The notes beneath the pieces are model-generated. The model did not search any database. It saw only the letters and a list, made by a program, of their open reading frames with translations, and was not told the origin of the DNA. This document shows positions 40,315 through 50,969 of a DNA stretch of 64,000 nt, piece by piece; the stretch's first letter is position 1; every line of letters starts with the position of its first letter. The DNA comes from an uncultured Acidobacteriaceae bacterium (GTDB lineage: Bacteria; Acidobacteriota; Terriglobia; Terriglobales; Acidobacteriaceae), in NCBI GenBank assembly GCA_963796535.1, contig CAWCMO010000022.1, positions 147-64,146 of the forward strand, in the 5' to 3' direction. The translations under genes were made by a program, and so were the position numbers.

Positions 40315-41400
40315 TTATCGCCCGGCCAGCCGCAACACCATTTCCGCAATCCGCTGCAGCGCTCCTGGCCGCGCCAGCGAACGCGCTCTCTCCGACATCG
40401 CGGCGCGCCTCGGCGCATCCGTCAGCAATCCAACCAGCGCAGCTAGCAGCGTCTCCGGTGTCACCTCCCGCTGCAACAACATCTCCGCCGCGTCCGCCTC
40501 CACCAGCACCTCGGCATTCTTCCGCTGGTGATCATCCGCCGCTCCCGCAAACGGCACCAGCAGCGACGGCTTCCCTGCCGCGCACAACTCCGCCACCGTG
40601 CTTCCTGACCGCGCCAGCACCACATCCGCGGCCGCATACTGCTGTGGCATATCCGTCAGAAACGCTTCCACCACCCATCGCGCGGCATCCGCTCCACTCG
40701 CTGCATACGCGGCCCGCGTAGTCTCCAGTTGCCTCGGCCCTGACTGGTGCACAATCGTCAGCCCCGCCACATCCTCCAGCAGCCGAGCCGCAATCAACGG
40801 CATCGTCTCATTGAAAATGAGCGCACCATTACTCCCAGCCGTCACCAGCAGCCGAGGCGCCGCGTCCACCGGCCTCGCCGGCAACGCAAAGATCTCCGGC
40901 CGCACCGGAACCCCCGTCACCTCGGCATTGCGAAAGTACTTCGCCGTCTGCCCAAAGTTGACCGCCGCCGCGCTCACCCGTTTCCCCACCACCCGATTCG
41001 TCATCCCCGGCACCGCATTCGGCTCATACGCCAGCGTAGGAATCCGCAACAGCAGAGCCGCAATCATCGCCGGCCCGCTCGCATAGCCACCCACCCCCAC
41101 CACCACCTGTGCCTTAAACTCCCGCAGCAATGACACGCAGCGCAACACGCCCCGCGGCAGATCCATCATGGTCCGCAACCGCGTCGCGACGCTCACATTC
41201 TTCAACTGCCCGGAACGCACCAGCTCCAGCCGAAATCCCGCCTCCGGCACCAGCCGTGTCTCCAACCCGCGCGCCGTCCCCACAAACCAAACCTCGGCCC
41301 CATGCACATCGCGCAGCTCCCGCCCGATCGCCAGCGCCGGCACCACATGCCCACCCGTCCCGCCACCAGCGATCATCACCCGCAACGCGTCGTCTTTCAC
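40315..41400 (-). CDS. murG: Undecaprenyl-PP-MurNAc-pentapeptide GlcNAc transferase
   Basis: GGGTGGHVVP, GGYASGP, EPNAVPG and DDHQRKNA motifs. Confidence 0.97.
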   Translation of the reverse strand: MKDDALRVMIAGGGTGGHVVPALAIGRELRDVHGAEVWFVGTARGLETRLVPEAGFRLELVRSGQLKNVSVATRLRTMMDLPRGVLRCVSLLREFKAQVVVGVGGYASGPAMIAALLLRIPTLAYEPNAVPGMTNRVVGKRVSAAAVNFGQTAKYFRNAEVTGVPVRPEIFALPARPVDAAPRLLVTAGSNGALIFNETMPLIAARLLEDVAGLTIVHQSGPRQLETTRAAYAASGADAARWVVEAFLTDMPQQYAAADVVLARSGSTVAELCAAGKPSLLVPFAGAADDHQRKNAEVLVEADAAEMLLQREVTPETLLAALVGLLTDAPRRAAMSERARSLARPGALQRIAEMVLRLAGR

Positions 41401-41432
41401 TATCCTCTACACTCTATCCCCTACACCCTGTT
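41398..41432 (-). repeat. Heptad array filling the ftsW-murG spacer
   Basis: + strand CACTATC CTCTACA CTCTATC CCCTACA CCCTGTT. Confidence 0.8.
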
Positions 41433-41433
41433 C

Positions 41434-42528
41434 TCAATCGATCTCGCGCGTCACATTCAGCAGCACGCCCATACACGCCAGCGTCACAAACACGCTCGTT
41501 CCGCCCGAAGAAATAAACGGCAGCGGAATTCCCTTGGTCGGCAGCAGCGCCAGCACCACGCTCATGTTGAAGAACGCCTGCACAAGGATAATCGTCGTCA
41601 ACCCAAACGCCAGGAACCGCGCAAACGGGTCAGTCGAAAGGAACGCCGCCTTCAGCCCGCGATACCCCAATATGCAGAACGCCGCCAGCACGCAGAGCGC
41701 GCCCAGCAGCCCCAGCTCTTCCGAGATATTCGCGAAGATAAAATCCGTGTGCGGCTCTGGCAGATAGAACAGCTTCTGCCGCCCTTCCATCAATCCCAGC
41801 CCGCGAATCCCGCCCGTCCCCACCGCGATCAGCGACTGCATAATATGAAATCCAGCGCCCTTTGGATCCGCCTCGGGATGCAGGAACACCAGCATGCGCT
41901 TCGCTCTCCACGCCACGTGAAACAGCATGTAATACATGACCGGCGAAGCCGCCGCCGCGCCCACCAGCAGCCACTTCATCTGCATCCCCGCCAGGAACAG
42001 CATCAGCATCAACACCGCCGCACACACCAGCGCCGTACCTAAATCCGGCTCCAGCAAAATCAGCCCGACAAACAAAAGCGGAGGAACCACCGCCGGCAGA
42101 ATCGTCTCCTTCACGTTGTCGATCGTATGGATCCGCGTCTGCAGAAACCACGCCAGGAACAACACGATCACCGGCTTGGCCAGCTCCGACGGCTCCAGCG
42201 TTCCCAACCCCGGAATCCGCACCCACCGATGCGCCCCATTCATCCCGCCCCACGCAAACACCGCCAGCAACAGCAGCCCCGTAATCGCCATCAACGGAAA
42301 GATCAGCTTTGGGTTGTTGTACTTCCTATAGTCCACGCGCATCAGCACAAACAGCGCCACCATCCCCGCCAGCGCAAACCCCGCCTGCTTCATCACGTAC
42401 GCATACGGCGATCCCAGCGTAGCCTTCGCAATCACCGCCGAAGCCGAAAACACCGACACCAATCCAAACAGCACCAGCAGCAGCACCGTTCCAAACAACC
42501 ATTTATCGACGCCAACCCGCTTCGCCAT
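41434..42528 (-). CDS. ftsW: SEDS peptidoglycan polymerase FtsW
   Basis: GAHRW, EPSELAK, EPDLGT, LPEPHTDFIF and KGIPLPFISSGG motifs. Confidence 0.97.
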   Translation of the reverse strand: MAKRVGVDKWLFGTVLLLVLFGLVSVFSASAVIAKATLGSPYAYVMKQAGFALAGMVALFVLMRVDYRKYNNPKLIFPLMAITGLLLLAVFAWGGMNGAHRWVRIPGLGTLEPSELAKPVIVLFLAWFLQTRIHTIDNVKETILPAVVPPLLFVGLILLEPDLGTALVCAAVLMLMLFLAGMQMKWLLVGAAAASPVMYYMLFHVAWRAKRMLVFLHPEADPKGAGFHIMQSLIAVGTGGIRGLGLMEGRQKLFYLPEPHTDFIFANISEELGLLGALCVLAAFCILGYRGLKAAFLSTDPFARFLAFGLTTIILVQAFFNMSVVLALLPTKGIPLPFISSGGTSVFVTLACMGVLLNVTREID

Positions 42529-42640
42529 CTCTCTCTACACCCATTCGCTCTACGTTGCGAAACTTAGCGCTTTCCTTTGCGCCCTTTGCGTCAGCGCCCT
42601 CGGTGTTGCCCTGGCACTGGTATTTGTTGTTGCCCGTGCT

Positions 42641-42675
42641 TTTCTTTCTGTCATTCCCTCTGGGAATCTGCTTCT
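42641..42675 (+). repeat. GTCATTCCC palindromic repeat, copy 2
   Basis: TTTCTTTCTGTCATTCCC-TCT-GGGAATCTGCTTCT. Confidence 0.9.
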
Positions 42676-42691
42676 TCTTTCGCTTTTGCCT

Positions 42692-44044
42692 CTACAACGC
42701 AGCCACAAGCTCCTTGAACACGCGACCGCGCTGCTCATAATTCTCAAACTGATCGAAGCTCGCGCACGCCGGAGCCAGCAGCACCGTATCGCCCGCCACA
42801 GCCGCTTCGTGCGCAAACGCCACAGCCCGCTGCAGCGTCTCCGCTCTCTCTATCTTTACGACCCCGTCGAGCTGGTGCTCAATCTTTTCTGCCGCGGAAC
42901 CAATCGTGATAACCGTCTTCACCCGCGCGCGCAGCAGCGGCTCCAGCACCCTATAATCCGATCCCTTGTCCTTCCCGCCCAGGATCAAGTGAATCCCACC
43001 CGCGAACGCCTCCACCGCCTTCATCGTCGCGTCCACATTCGTAGCCTTCGAGTCGTTGTAGTACCGCACGCCGCCCACCTCGCGCACAAACTCCAGCCGA
43101 TGCTCGACCGCCTTAAAGTCCCGCACCGCCGCCCGAATCGTCTCGCTCTCCACCCCCGCCAGCCGAGCCGCGCACACCGCTGCCAACACGTTCTCCACGT
43201 TGTGCGCCCCAGCCAGCGAAATCTCCGCCACCGGCATCACCGGCTCCGCCTTCGCTCCCTCGCGCGCCACAAACAGGATCGACTCGCCATGCACAAACGC
43301 TCCCTGCTTCATCGGCCGCCGCCCGCTGAACCAGTACACCTGCGCCTTCGTCTTGGCCGCAATCATCTGCGTCTCTTTATCCTCGCCATTCAAGACGAGA
43401 AAATCCTCCGCCGTCTGAAACTCCGTAATCCGAGCCTTCAGCGCCGCATACGCCTCAAACGTTCCATGCCGATCCAAATGGTCCGGCGTAATATTCAGCA
43501 CCAGCGCAATCCGCGGCTTGAACGTCTCCACCGTCTCCAGCTGAAAACTAGAAACCTCCAGCACGCTCCAACTCTCCGCCGTGCTCTCCTCCACCATCGC
43601 CGTAACCGGCCGCCCAATATTCCCGCCCACCAGCGTCGCCCGTCCCGCCGCCTTCAAAATCTCCCCAATCAAAGTAGTGGTCGTCGTCTTTCCATTCGAC
43701 CCCGTAACCGCCACCACCTCGCCCTTCAAATATTCAAACCCCAACTCCAGCTCGCCGATAATATGCGCCCCCATCGCCCGTACCTGTTTCAACTCCGGCG
43801 TCGACATCGGCACCCCCGGACTCACCACGATCAAATCCTGCCGCCGAAACGTCAGCAACCCATGGCTCCCCGCCTCCACCATGAACCCCTGGTCCAGCAA
43901 CTCCGAAAGCTCCGCAATCAGCGTCGCAGGCCGCGCATCGCTCACGGTCACCCGCGCGCCCAGCGTCTTCAAAAACCGCGCCGCCGCCAACCCGCTCTTC
44001 CCCAGCCCCACCACCAACACGCGCTTATTCTTCAACTCCAACAT
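42692..44044 (-). CDS. murD: UDP-MurNAc-L-Ala--D-Glu ligase
   Basis: GLGKSG, GSNGKTTT, EVSSFQL, NDSKATN and APACASFDQF motifs. Confidence 0.97.
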   Translation of the reverse strand: MLELKNKRVLVVGLGKSGLAAARFLKTLGARVTVSDARPATLIAELSELLDQGFMVEAGSHGLLTFRRQDLIVVSPGVPMSTPELKQVRAMGAHIIGELELGFEYLKGEVVAVTGSNGKTTTTTLIGEILKAAGRATLVGGNIGRPVTAMVEESTAESWSVLEVSSFQLETVETFKPRIALVLNITPDHLDRHGTFEAYAALKARITEFQTAEDFLVLNGEDKETQMIAAKTKAQVYWFSGRRPMKQGAFVHGESILFVAREGAKAEPVMPVAEISLAGAHNVENVLAAVCAARLAGVESETIRAAVRDFKAVEHRLEFVREVGGVRYYNDSKATNVDATMKAVEAFAGGIHLILGGKDKGSDYRVLEPLLRARVKTVITIGSAAEKIEHQLDGVVKIERAETLQRAVAFAHEAAVAGDTVLLAPACASFDQFENYEQRGRVFKELVAAL

Positions 44045-44057
44045 GCAGCCTCGCCTC

Positions 44058-44092
44058 TTCTACGCTCTACACTCTATTCTCTACGCTCTGCG
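44058..44092 (-). repeat. Heptad array after the mraY stop
   Basis: + strand TTCTACG CTCTACA CTCTATT CTCTACG CTCTGCG. Confidence 0.85.
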
Positions 44093-45229
44093 TTATCTCA
44101 GCTTCAGCGTCGTCAGCGCAAACAGCGCAAACACCAGCGCCGTAATCCAAAACCGCGTAATCACCTTCGACTCCGACCACCCCATCAACTCAAAATGATG
44201 ATGCAGCGGCGCCATCCTGAAAATCCTCTTCCCATTCCGCAGCTTATAACTCCCCACCTGCAAAATCACGCTCATGATCTCGAGCACAAACACGCCACCA
44301 ATAAACGGCAGCAGCAGCTCCTGCTTGATAATCACCGCGACGGTCCCAATCACCCCACCCAGCGCCAGCGACCCCACATCGCCCATAAACACCTCAGCCG
44401 GATGTGCGTTGTACCAAAGAAAACCGATACTCGCCCCCACCATTGCACCGCAAAAAATCGTCAGCTCGCTCACCATCGGCATGCGCTGCAGCTCAAGATA
44501 ATCCGCGAACACCACATGCCCGCTCACATACGTCAGCACCGTCAGCGCGCCCGCCGCAATAATCGTGCACCCAATCGCCAGCCCGTCCAGCCCGTCCGTT
44601 AAATTCACCGCGTTACTCGACCCCGTAATCACCAGCATCACGAAGATCACAAACGGCACAAACGCCAGCGGCCACAGGTGCGGATAGCTCAGCAAACTGC
44701 TGATAATCAAGTCCGGCCGGAAGCGCTTAACAAACGGCACCATCAATCGCGTCGAGTACGCATGCTCGCCCCGCAACACCAGCAGCGTAATCGCAATCGC
44801 TCCACTCACCAGCAGTTGCAGCGCCAGCTTCTGCCACGACGTCAGCCCGAGGTTCCGTTTCTTCACGACCTTGATGTAGTCATCGGCAAACCCAATCCCG
44901 CCAAACGCCAGCGTCGACAACATCACCATCCAGATATACGGATTGGTCAGGTTCGCCCACAACAACGTCGGCACCAGGATCGAAATACAAATCAGCACCC
45001 CGCCCATCGTCGGTGTGCCGCCTTTTTTCTGATGACTCTGCGGTCCATCCTCGCGAATGAACTGCCCGATCTGAAACTCCCGCAGCCGTTCAATCACGAA
45101 CGGCCCAATCAGCAGGCCGATCAGCATCGCCGTCATGCTCGCAAACGCGCAGCGAAACGTTACATAGCGGAAGATCCGGAACACCGGAAAGTATGGAAAC
45201 AACTTTTGATAGAGCAACCAATAGAGCAA
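44093..45229 (-). CDS. mraY: Phospho-MurNAc-pentapeptide transferase
   Basis: [32 protein letters not shown] and MAPLHHHFE motifs. Confidence 0.98.
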   Translation of the reverse strand: MLYWLLYQKLFPYFPVFRIFRYVTFRCAFASMTAMLIGLLIGPFVIERLREFQIGQFIREDGPQSHQKKGGTPTMGGVLICISILVPTLLWANLTNPYIWMVMLSTLAFGGIGFADDYIKVVKKRNLGLTSWQKLALQLLVSGAIAITLLVLRGEHAYSTRLMVPFVKRFRPDLIISSLLSYPHLWPLAFVPFVIFVMLVITGSSNAVNLTDGLDGLAIGCTIIAAGALTVLTYVSGHVVFADYLELQRMPMVSELTIFCGAMVGASIGFLWYNAHPAEVFMGDVGSLALGGVIGTVAVIIKQELLLPFIGGVFVLEIMSVILQVGSYKLRNGKRIFRMAPLHHHFELMGWSESKVITRFWITALVFALFALTTLKLR

Positions 45230-45373
45230 CGGATCTTGCCTCGTCTGTATCGTCGAACCGGATCGTGCAGCCGCAGTTCTCCGCTAATCTTACCGCCCAA
45301 CCTTGTGCTTGCTCTGTGATTCCTTCACGTAACCACCGCGGGGAATCTCCCTCTGTACGCTCATGCCTTTGTT

Positions 45374-45408
45374 TTTCTTTCTGTCATTCCCCCTGGGAAT
45401 CTGCTTCT
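45374..45408 (+). repeat. GTCATTCCC palindromic repeat, copy 3
   Basis: TTTCTTTCTGTCATTCCC-CCT-GGGAATCTGCTTCT. Confidence 0.9.
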
Positions 45409-45412
45409 GTAC

Positions 45413-46809
45413 TTAAGTCCGCCCCTTCGCCGAACCCAGTACCTCCAACGCCCGCTCCAGCCGCACTCCCCGCGAAGCCTTCAGCAACACCACATCGCCC
45501 TCCCGCAGATTATCCCGCATCCACTCCCCCGCCATCTCCGGTGCCTCCACAAACTCCGCCTTCACGCCCAATGCCCGCGCCCCCGCAACAATCTCCCGCG
45601 CCAACCCCCTCACCCCCACCACCACATCCACGCCCACCATCGCCTGCCCGCAAGCCTCATGCAGCCGAGCACCCTCCGGCCCCAGCTCCAGCATCTCGCC
45701 CGCCACGACAATCCGCCGCTTCGCCTCCGTCTTCCTCAGCGCCTCCACCATCCCCTCCAGCGCCTTAGGATTCGAGTTATACGTGTCATTCACAATCTCC
45801 GCGCCGCCCCACTCGATCAAATTTCCGCGCTTCTCCCCAGGCCGCATCCGCTCCAACGCACCCACCGCATCGAACTGCTCCACGCCGCTCCAACGCCCCA
45901 CCGCATACCCCGCCAGCGCATTGAGCACGTTGTGCCTTCCCGGCAGGTGAAGCACCATCGGCCACAACATCGGCCGCGCTCCCGCCACCAACTCGAACTC
46001 CGTTCCCCTCAGCCCATGATCGTCAATCTGCACGGCCCGCACCGCCGCCTTCTCGCTGGTCCCAAACAGCACGACGCGTTCGCCCATGCCCTTCCCAAAC
46101 TCCCGCACCCGCTCATCATCCGCATTCAGAAACGCAATCCCATCCGCGGGCAGCGCCTCGACCAGCTCATACTTCGCCCGCGCAATCCCCTCAATCCCAT
46201 CCGCGAAAAATTCCAGGTGCACTGGCCCCACGTTACTCACCACCGCCCAATTCGGCTCCGCGATCTTCGCCAGCGCGCGAATCTCCCCCGCATGATTCAT
46301 CCCCATCTCGAGCACGGCCACCTCGTGCTCCGGCTCCAGCCGCAACAGCGTCAGCGGCAATCCAAAATGATTATTGAAATTCCCTTCCGTCTTCAGCACC
46401 TTGAATTTCGTCGCCAGCACCGCCGCAATACATTCCTTCGTCGTAGTCTTTCCCGCCGACCCAGTCACCCCGATCACGCGCCCACCCCAGGCCCGCCGCA
46501 CGCGATTCGCCAGTATCTGCATCGACCCCAGCACACAATCCGCATCCGTATCCGGAACCCTCAACAGCCGCGCCTCGTCCACCAGCGCCGGCTTCAACCA
46601 CCGCATGCTCACGACGGCAGCCACCGCCCCATCCGCCAGCGCCGTCTCGACATAATCATGCCCATCCACCCGCTCTCCGCGCACCGCAAAAAACAACTCC
46701 CCCGCACCAATCGTCCGCGAGTCAATCGAGTACCCCACTGCCTCCGCCTCGTATCAAACTCACCCTCCGCATGAATCCAATCCGCAATCTGTCCCAGCGT
46801 CAGCCTCAT
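45413..46809 (-). CDS. murF: UDP-MurNAc-tripeptide--D-Ala-D-Ala ligase, with an apparent -1 frameshift at ~46750
   Basis: MRLTLGQIADW...EFDT joins EAEAVGYSIDSRT...GSAGKTTTK...NDTYNSNP...KASRG if one G is added. Confidence 0.95.
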
Positions 46810-46849
46810 GCCATCACCTCCATCCAATCCTTACCCACCCATAAATCTC

Positions 46850-47012
46850 GTCATCTCGACCGGAGCATCACGTCGTTGTCTCTGTGATACGCAGTGGAGA
46901 GACCCCTGTATTGGCTCTTGCCGTTGTCTTTCTTTCTGTCATTCCCTTTGGGAATCTGCTTCTGCGTTCGCCCTTGCCTTCCTTTCTGTCATTCCCTCTG
47001 TGAATCTGCTTT
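46850..47012 (+). repeat. Composite repeat: GTCATCTCGACCGGAGC element plus GTCATTCCC copies 4 and 5
   Basis: 46850-46912 matches 59169-59232; palindromes at 46928-46963 and 46978-47012. Confidence 0.88.
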
Positions 47013-48512
47013 CCCCATCTCCCGCAACACCTTCTCCGCCTCTTCCACATCATCGAAGTGCACTGCCCCACCGGCAAACGTCTGCGTCTTCTCATGCCCC
47101 TTCCCCGCCAGCAACACAATATCCCCCACCCGCGCCGCACGAATCGCCACCCCAATCGCCACCCGCCGATCCACCTCCACCAGGCACTTCACCGACGTCT
47201 CCCGTACCCCCACCAAAATCTCCTCCATGATCGCCAACGGATCTTCACTGCGCGGATTATCACTAGTCACAACCACCAAATCACTACCCTCCCCAGCAAC
47301 CCGCCCCATCTTCGGCCGCTTCGTCTTATCCCGATCCCCACCACACCCAAACATCGTAATCACCCGCCCATCGCCCACCAGCTTGCGCGCAAATCCAATC
47401 ACGTTTTCGAGTGCATCATCGGTATGCGCATAATCCACCACCACCGTAAACCCAAGCTCGTTGGGCACTGGCTCAAACCGCCCCGGCGCCGGCCGAATCG
47501 TCGCCGCACATCGCACCACCTCATCCAGCGTCAATCCGCGCGCCACCGCCGCCGCCATCGCCGCCACCAGGTTGTCCACATTGAACCACCCAAACAGCGG
47601 GGACTTCACCCCGCGCTGGCCTTCCGGTGAAACCAACTCAAACGTCGCACCGCGCGCGCTCAGCGCCACATCCTTCGCGAGAAAATCCGCAGCCCCACGA
47701 TGGCCATACGTCCAAACCGTCCCCACACCGCCAGCCGCACCCTGCATCATTGCCCCATACACATCATCCGCATTAATCACCGCCACGCGCGGCGCCCCAG
47801 CTCCCACGCCCTCAAACAACTTTGCCTTCGCCGCAGCATACTTCTCCATCGTCCCGTGATAATCCAAATGATCCTGCGTCAGATTCGTAAACATCGCCAC
47901 ATCCACCGGAATCCCCCACACCCGTTCCTGCTCGAGCGCGTGGCTCGACATCTCCATCACCACCTCCGTGCACCCCGCCCTCACGCCCTCGGCAAACAAC
48001 GCCAGCACATCCCGGCTCTCCGGAGTCGTATGTTCGCTCTCCCGCACCACATCGCCCACATGCGTCTCAATCGTCCCCAACAGCACGCACTTCCGCCCCA
48101 CGCTCCTCAGCATCTGCTCGAGCAGAAACGCAGTCGTCGTCTTCCCATTCGTCCCCGTCACCGCGCTGACCTTGAGCTTTTTCTCAGGAACACCAAAAAC
48201 CGCCGAGCTAATCTCCGCCAGCGCCCTTCTCCCACCATTCTCCTCGCGATCCACCAACGCCAGCGCCAGTTCCGGCTGCTGCGTCCGCAGATCCACAAAC
48301 CTCTCCAGCGAGTCCGTCACAACAGCCGCCGCACCCTTGCGAATCGCCGCATCAATAAAATTGTTCCCATCCGAAGTCCCACCGCGCATCGCCACAAACA
48401 CATCGCCCGCGCTGACCTTGCGCGAGTCATACTGCACGCCGCGCACCTCCACATCGCCCCGCCCGGCAGTCTCCACCGTGCGCACTCCCGCCACCGCCTC
48501 ACTCCATTGCAT
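46989..48512 (-). CDS. murE: UDP-MurNAc-dipeptide--meso-DAP ligase
   Basis: GTNGKTTT, EMSSHAL, DHLDYH, DYAHT, SDNPR (DAP-type) and GKGHE motifs. Confidence 0.97.
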   Translation of the reverse strand: MQWSEAVAGVRTVETAGRGDVEVRGVQYDSRKVSAGDVFVAMRGGTSDGNNFIDAAIRKGAAAVVTDSLERFVDLRTQQPELALALVDREENGGRRALAEISSAVFGVPEKKLKVSAVTGTNGKTTTAFLLEQMLRSVGRKCVLLGTIETHVGDVVRESEHTTPESRDVLALFAEGVRAGCTEVVMEMSSHALEQERVWGIPVDVAMFTNLTQDHLDYHGTMEKYAAAKAKLFEGVGAGAPRVAVINADDVYGAMMQGAAGGVGTVWTYGHRGAADFLAKDVALSARGATFELVSPEGQRGVKSPLFGWFNVDNLVAAMAAAVARGLTLDEVVRCAATIRPAPGRFEPVPNELGFTVVVDYAHTDDALENVIGFARKLVGDGRVITMFGCGGDRDKTKRPKMGRVAGEGSDLVVVTSDNPRSEDPLAIMEEILVGVRETSVKCLVEVDRRVAIGVAIRAARVGDIVLLAGKGHEKTQTFAGGAVHFDDVEEAEKVLREMGKADSQRE

Positions 48513-48540
48513 AAGTCAATTCTAGGCCCGCAAAGGCCCT

Positions 48541-48575
48541 CTCTATCCTCTATCCTCTACACTCTATCCCCTGCT
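48541..48575 (-). repeat. Heptad array after the ftsI stop
   Basis: + strand CTCTATC CTCTATC CTCTACA CTCTATC CCCTGCT. Confidence 0.85.
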
Positions 48576-48576
48576 T

Positions 48577-50910
48577 TTACCGCGTAAACCGCACCACGAT
48601 CTCAGTCCCCAGCGGCACCAGCGTCCCCGCCAACGGAGCCTGCTCCATCGCCAGCCCACTGCCCAGCGTCCGCACTCGCAGCCGCAGCCCGCCCGCGCGC
48701 TCCACCACCGACCGCAGATCGTTCCCATGAAAATCCGGCACCGCCACACGCTTCCCCGGATCAACCACCACCGCCCCATTCTCCCGCACCTGCACCTGCG
48801 GCCGAATCACCGGGGCGCTCACCGTCTCCTCGCGCGCTGTGAATTCCGGCGCACCCGCCGACGCGCCGCCGCGCTTATGAATTGCCTCCAGCACCTTGTC
48901 CGGCAGCGCCGCCAGCCCGGCTGGCTTCGGCTTCTCTTTCGCCGCCTCCTCGAACGCAGCGTCCGCATTACGATTCTCCGCCATCGCCGCCGCGTTCGCC
49001 GGCTGCCGCAGCGGATCATCCGCCGGCAAACTGTTCACCTCGTCGAACTCCGCAGTCAGATCCCCCAGGTGCTGATCCGGAACATCATCCAGATCCACCG
49101 CGTTCTGCGCTTCCTTCATCTGTTGCGCCGACTTCAACGCCTGATCATGCGGCACGCCCAGGTACTCCAGCACCTCCTGCGCCACCTCGCGAAACACCGG
49201 CGCACTCACCTCCGCGCCAAACAGAATCCCCACGGTCGGCTGATCGATCACCACCGTCACCGAGATGGCCGGATGGTTCACCGGCGCAAATCCCGCAAAG
49301 CTCGCCACCACCTTCGTATGCGAGTACGTGTGCGTCACCTCATCCACCTTCTGCGCCGTGCCCGTCTTTCCCGCCGAGCTGTATCCGTTCAACTGCGCCG
49401 CCTTGCCCGTCCCCTCCGTCACCACGCCCGCCATCATCTGCCGCATCGTCGACGAGGTCGCCTCGCTGATCACCCGATGTGCTCCGTCCGGCAACGTCGC
49501 CGGCAGCGCATCCGCAGGATGGAACGCGCTCGCCACCATGTGCTGCCCTCCGTTCAATGCGTCGCTCGATTGCAAAAGAATGTGCGGCGGCAGATACACG
49601 CCCCCGTTCGCAATCGCCGACACCATCGACACCAACTGCACCGGCGTTACCGCCACCTCCTGTCCAATCGCAATCGACAAAATGCTCGTCGATCCCCACT
49701 TCCGCGGCGGCGCCAGCAAACCACGTGTCTCGCTCGGCAACTCCACTCCGCTCCGGTCTCCAAATCCAAACCCCTTGATGTACTTGTAGAACGTGTCCGG
49801 ACCCACCTTCAGCGCCATCTTCGCCGCGCCCACGTCGCTCGAAACCTCCAGCGCCTTCTGCACCGTCACCACCCCGAAGTGGTCGGTCTTCACATCATGC
49901 AGCGTCCGCCCGTACATCGTCATCGCGCCGCCCTGGCAATCCACCATGTCCGTCGGCTTCGCCTTCCCCGCATCAATCGCAGCCGAGTACGTCACCAGCT
50001 TGAACGTCGACCCCGGCTCATACACGTCACTCACGGCAAGATCGGTCAGGTCCTGCGGATCCACATGCATCGCATCATTCGGATTGAACCGCGGACTCAC
50101 CGCCAGCGCCAGGATCTGCCCCGTATTCGGGTCCTGCACCACAATCGTCCCGTGCGAAGCCTTCACCTTCGCCATCTGTTTATCCAGCGCCTCTTCGGCC
50201 ATGTGCTGAATATTCGAGTCGATCGTCAGCTGCAGATTCTCTCCCGGAATTGGATCGCTCTCATCCGATCCCAGCACATGCCGCTTGGCATCGATCGCCG
50301 TGTACTCATGCCCCGATTGTCCATGCAGCTCTTCATCAAACTTCGCCTCCAACCCACCCAACCCGTTGTCATCGGTGCCCACATACCCCAGCACGTGCGA
50401 CCCCAGATCCCCATTGGGATAAAACCTCTTGAACTCCTTCTGCAGATAAATTCCCTTCAGATTAAGCTGCTGCACGCGCGCCGCAATATCGGGAGTCACC
50501 TTGCGCGCTACCCACGCAAAATGCTTCGACGCATTGAACCGCGCATCGATCTCCTTCTCCTTCGTGAAGCCATCCAGCGGATCGGCGTGCACGATCCTGG
50601 CCAGCAGCGCCGCATCATCCGCGCGATTGTCTCCCAGCTCGCTGGGCACCGCATAAATACTGTCCACCAGCACCGTCATGGCCAGCGGATGCATGTTGCG
50701 GTCGTACAGCACACCCCGGTGCGGCGCGACTTCAAACGTCCGCTGCTGTTGCTGCTTGGCGCGCTCGACCCAGGTGCCGTGCTGCACCACTTGCAGCCAC
50801 GTCAACCGCACCGCAATCGCGCCTGCCCAGAAACAGAAAAACATCGCGACATAGACAAACCGCACCCTGCGTATCGGTGCGGTAAGCTTCTGACGCGACG
50901 TCTCATTCAT
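48577..50910 (-). CDS. ftsI: Class B PBP FtsI with a C-terminal PASTA-like domain
   Basis: RGVLYDRN, RFYP, YEPGSTFK, SSD and KTGTAQK motifs; VPDFHG tail. Confidence 0.93.
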   Translation of the reverse strand: MNETSRQKLTAPIRRVRFVYVAMFFCFWAGAIAVRLTWLQVVQHGTWVERAKQQQQRTFEVAPHRGVLYDRNMHPLAMTVLVDSIYAVPSELGDNRADDAALLARIVHADPLDGFTKEKEIDARFNASKHFAWVARKVTPDIAARVQQLNLKGIYLQKEFKRFYPNGDLGSHVLGYVGTDDNGLGGLEAKFDEELHGQSGHEYTAIDAKRHVLGSDESDPIPGENLQLTIDSNIQHMAEEALDKQMAKVKASHGTIVVQDPNTGQILALAVSPRFNPNDAMHVDPQDLTDLAVSDVYEPGSTFKLVTYSAAIDAGKAKPTDMVDCQGGAMTMYGRTLHDVKTDHFGVVTVQKALEVSSDVGAAKMALKVGPDTFYKYIKGFGFGDRSGVELPSETRGLLAPPRKWGSTSILSIAIGQEVAVTPVQLVSMVSAIANGGVYLPPHILLQSSDALNGGQHMVASAFHPADALPATLPDGAHRVISEATSSTMRQMMAGVVTEGTGKAAQLNGYSSAGKTGTAQKVDEVTHTYSHTKVVASFAGFAPVNHPAISVTVVIDQPTVGILFGAEVSAPVFREVAQEVLEYLGVPHDQALKSAQQMKEAQNAVDLDDVPDQHLGDLTAEFDEVNSLPADDPLRQPANAAAMAENRNADAAFEEAAKEKPKPAGLAALPDKVLEAIHKRGGASAGAPEFTAREETVSAPVIRPQVQVRENGAVVVDPGKRVAVPDFHGNDLRSVVERAGGLRLRVRTLGSGLAMEQAPLAGTLVPLGTEIVVRFTR

Positions 50911-50969
50911 CCTGGAATTCCTGTTCCTGACTCAAACTCTCCGCGACGCATCCTGGCCATCGCGAACCC

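Noticed and set aside
31237-46809. Programmed frameshifting or pseudogenisation of ftsA and murF
   Set aside because: No slippery heptamer, mixed +1 and -1 events, and both genes are essential. Sequencing error is simpler.
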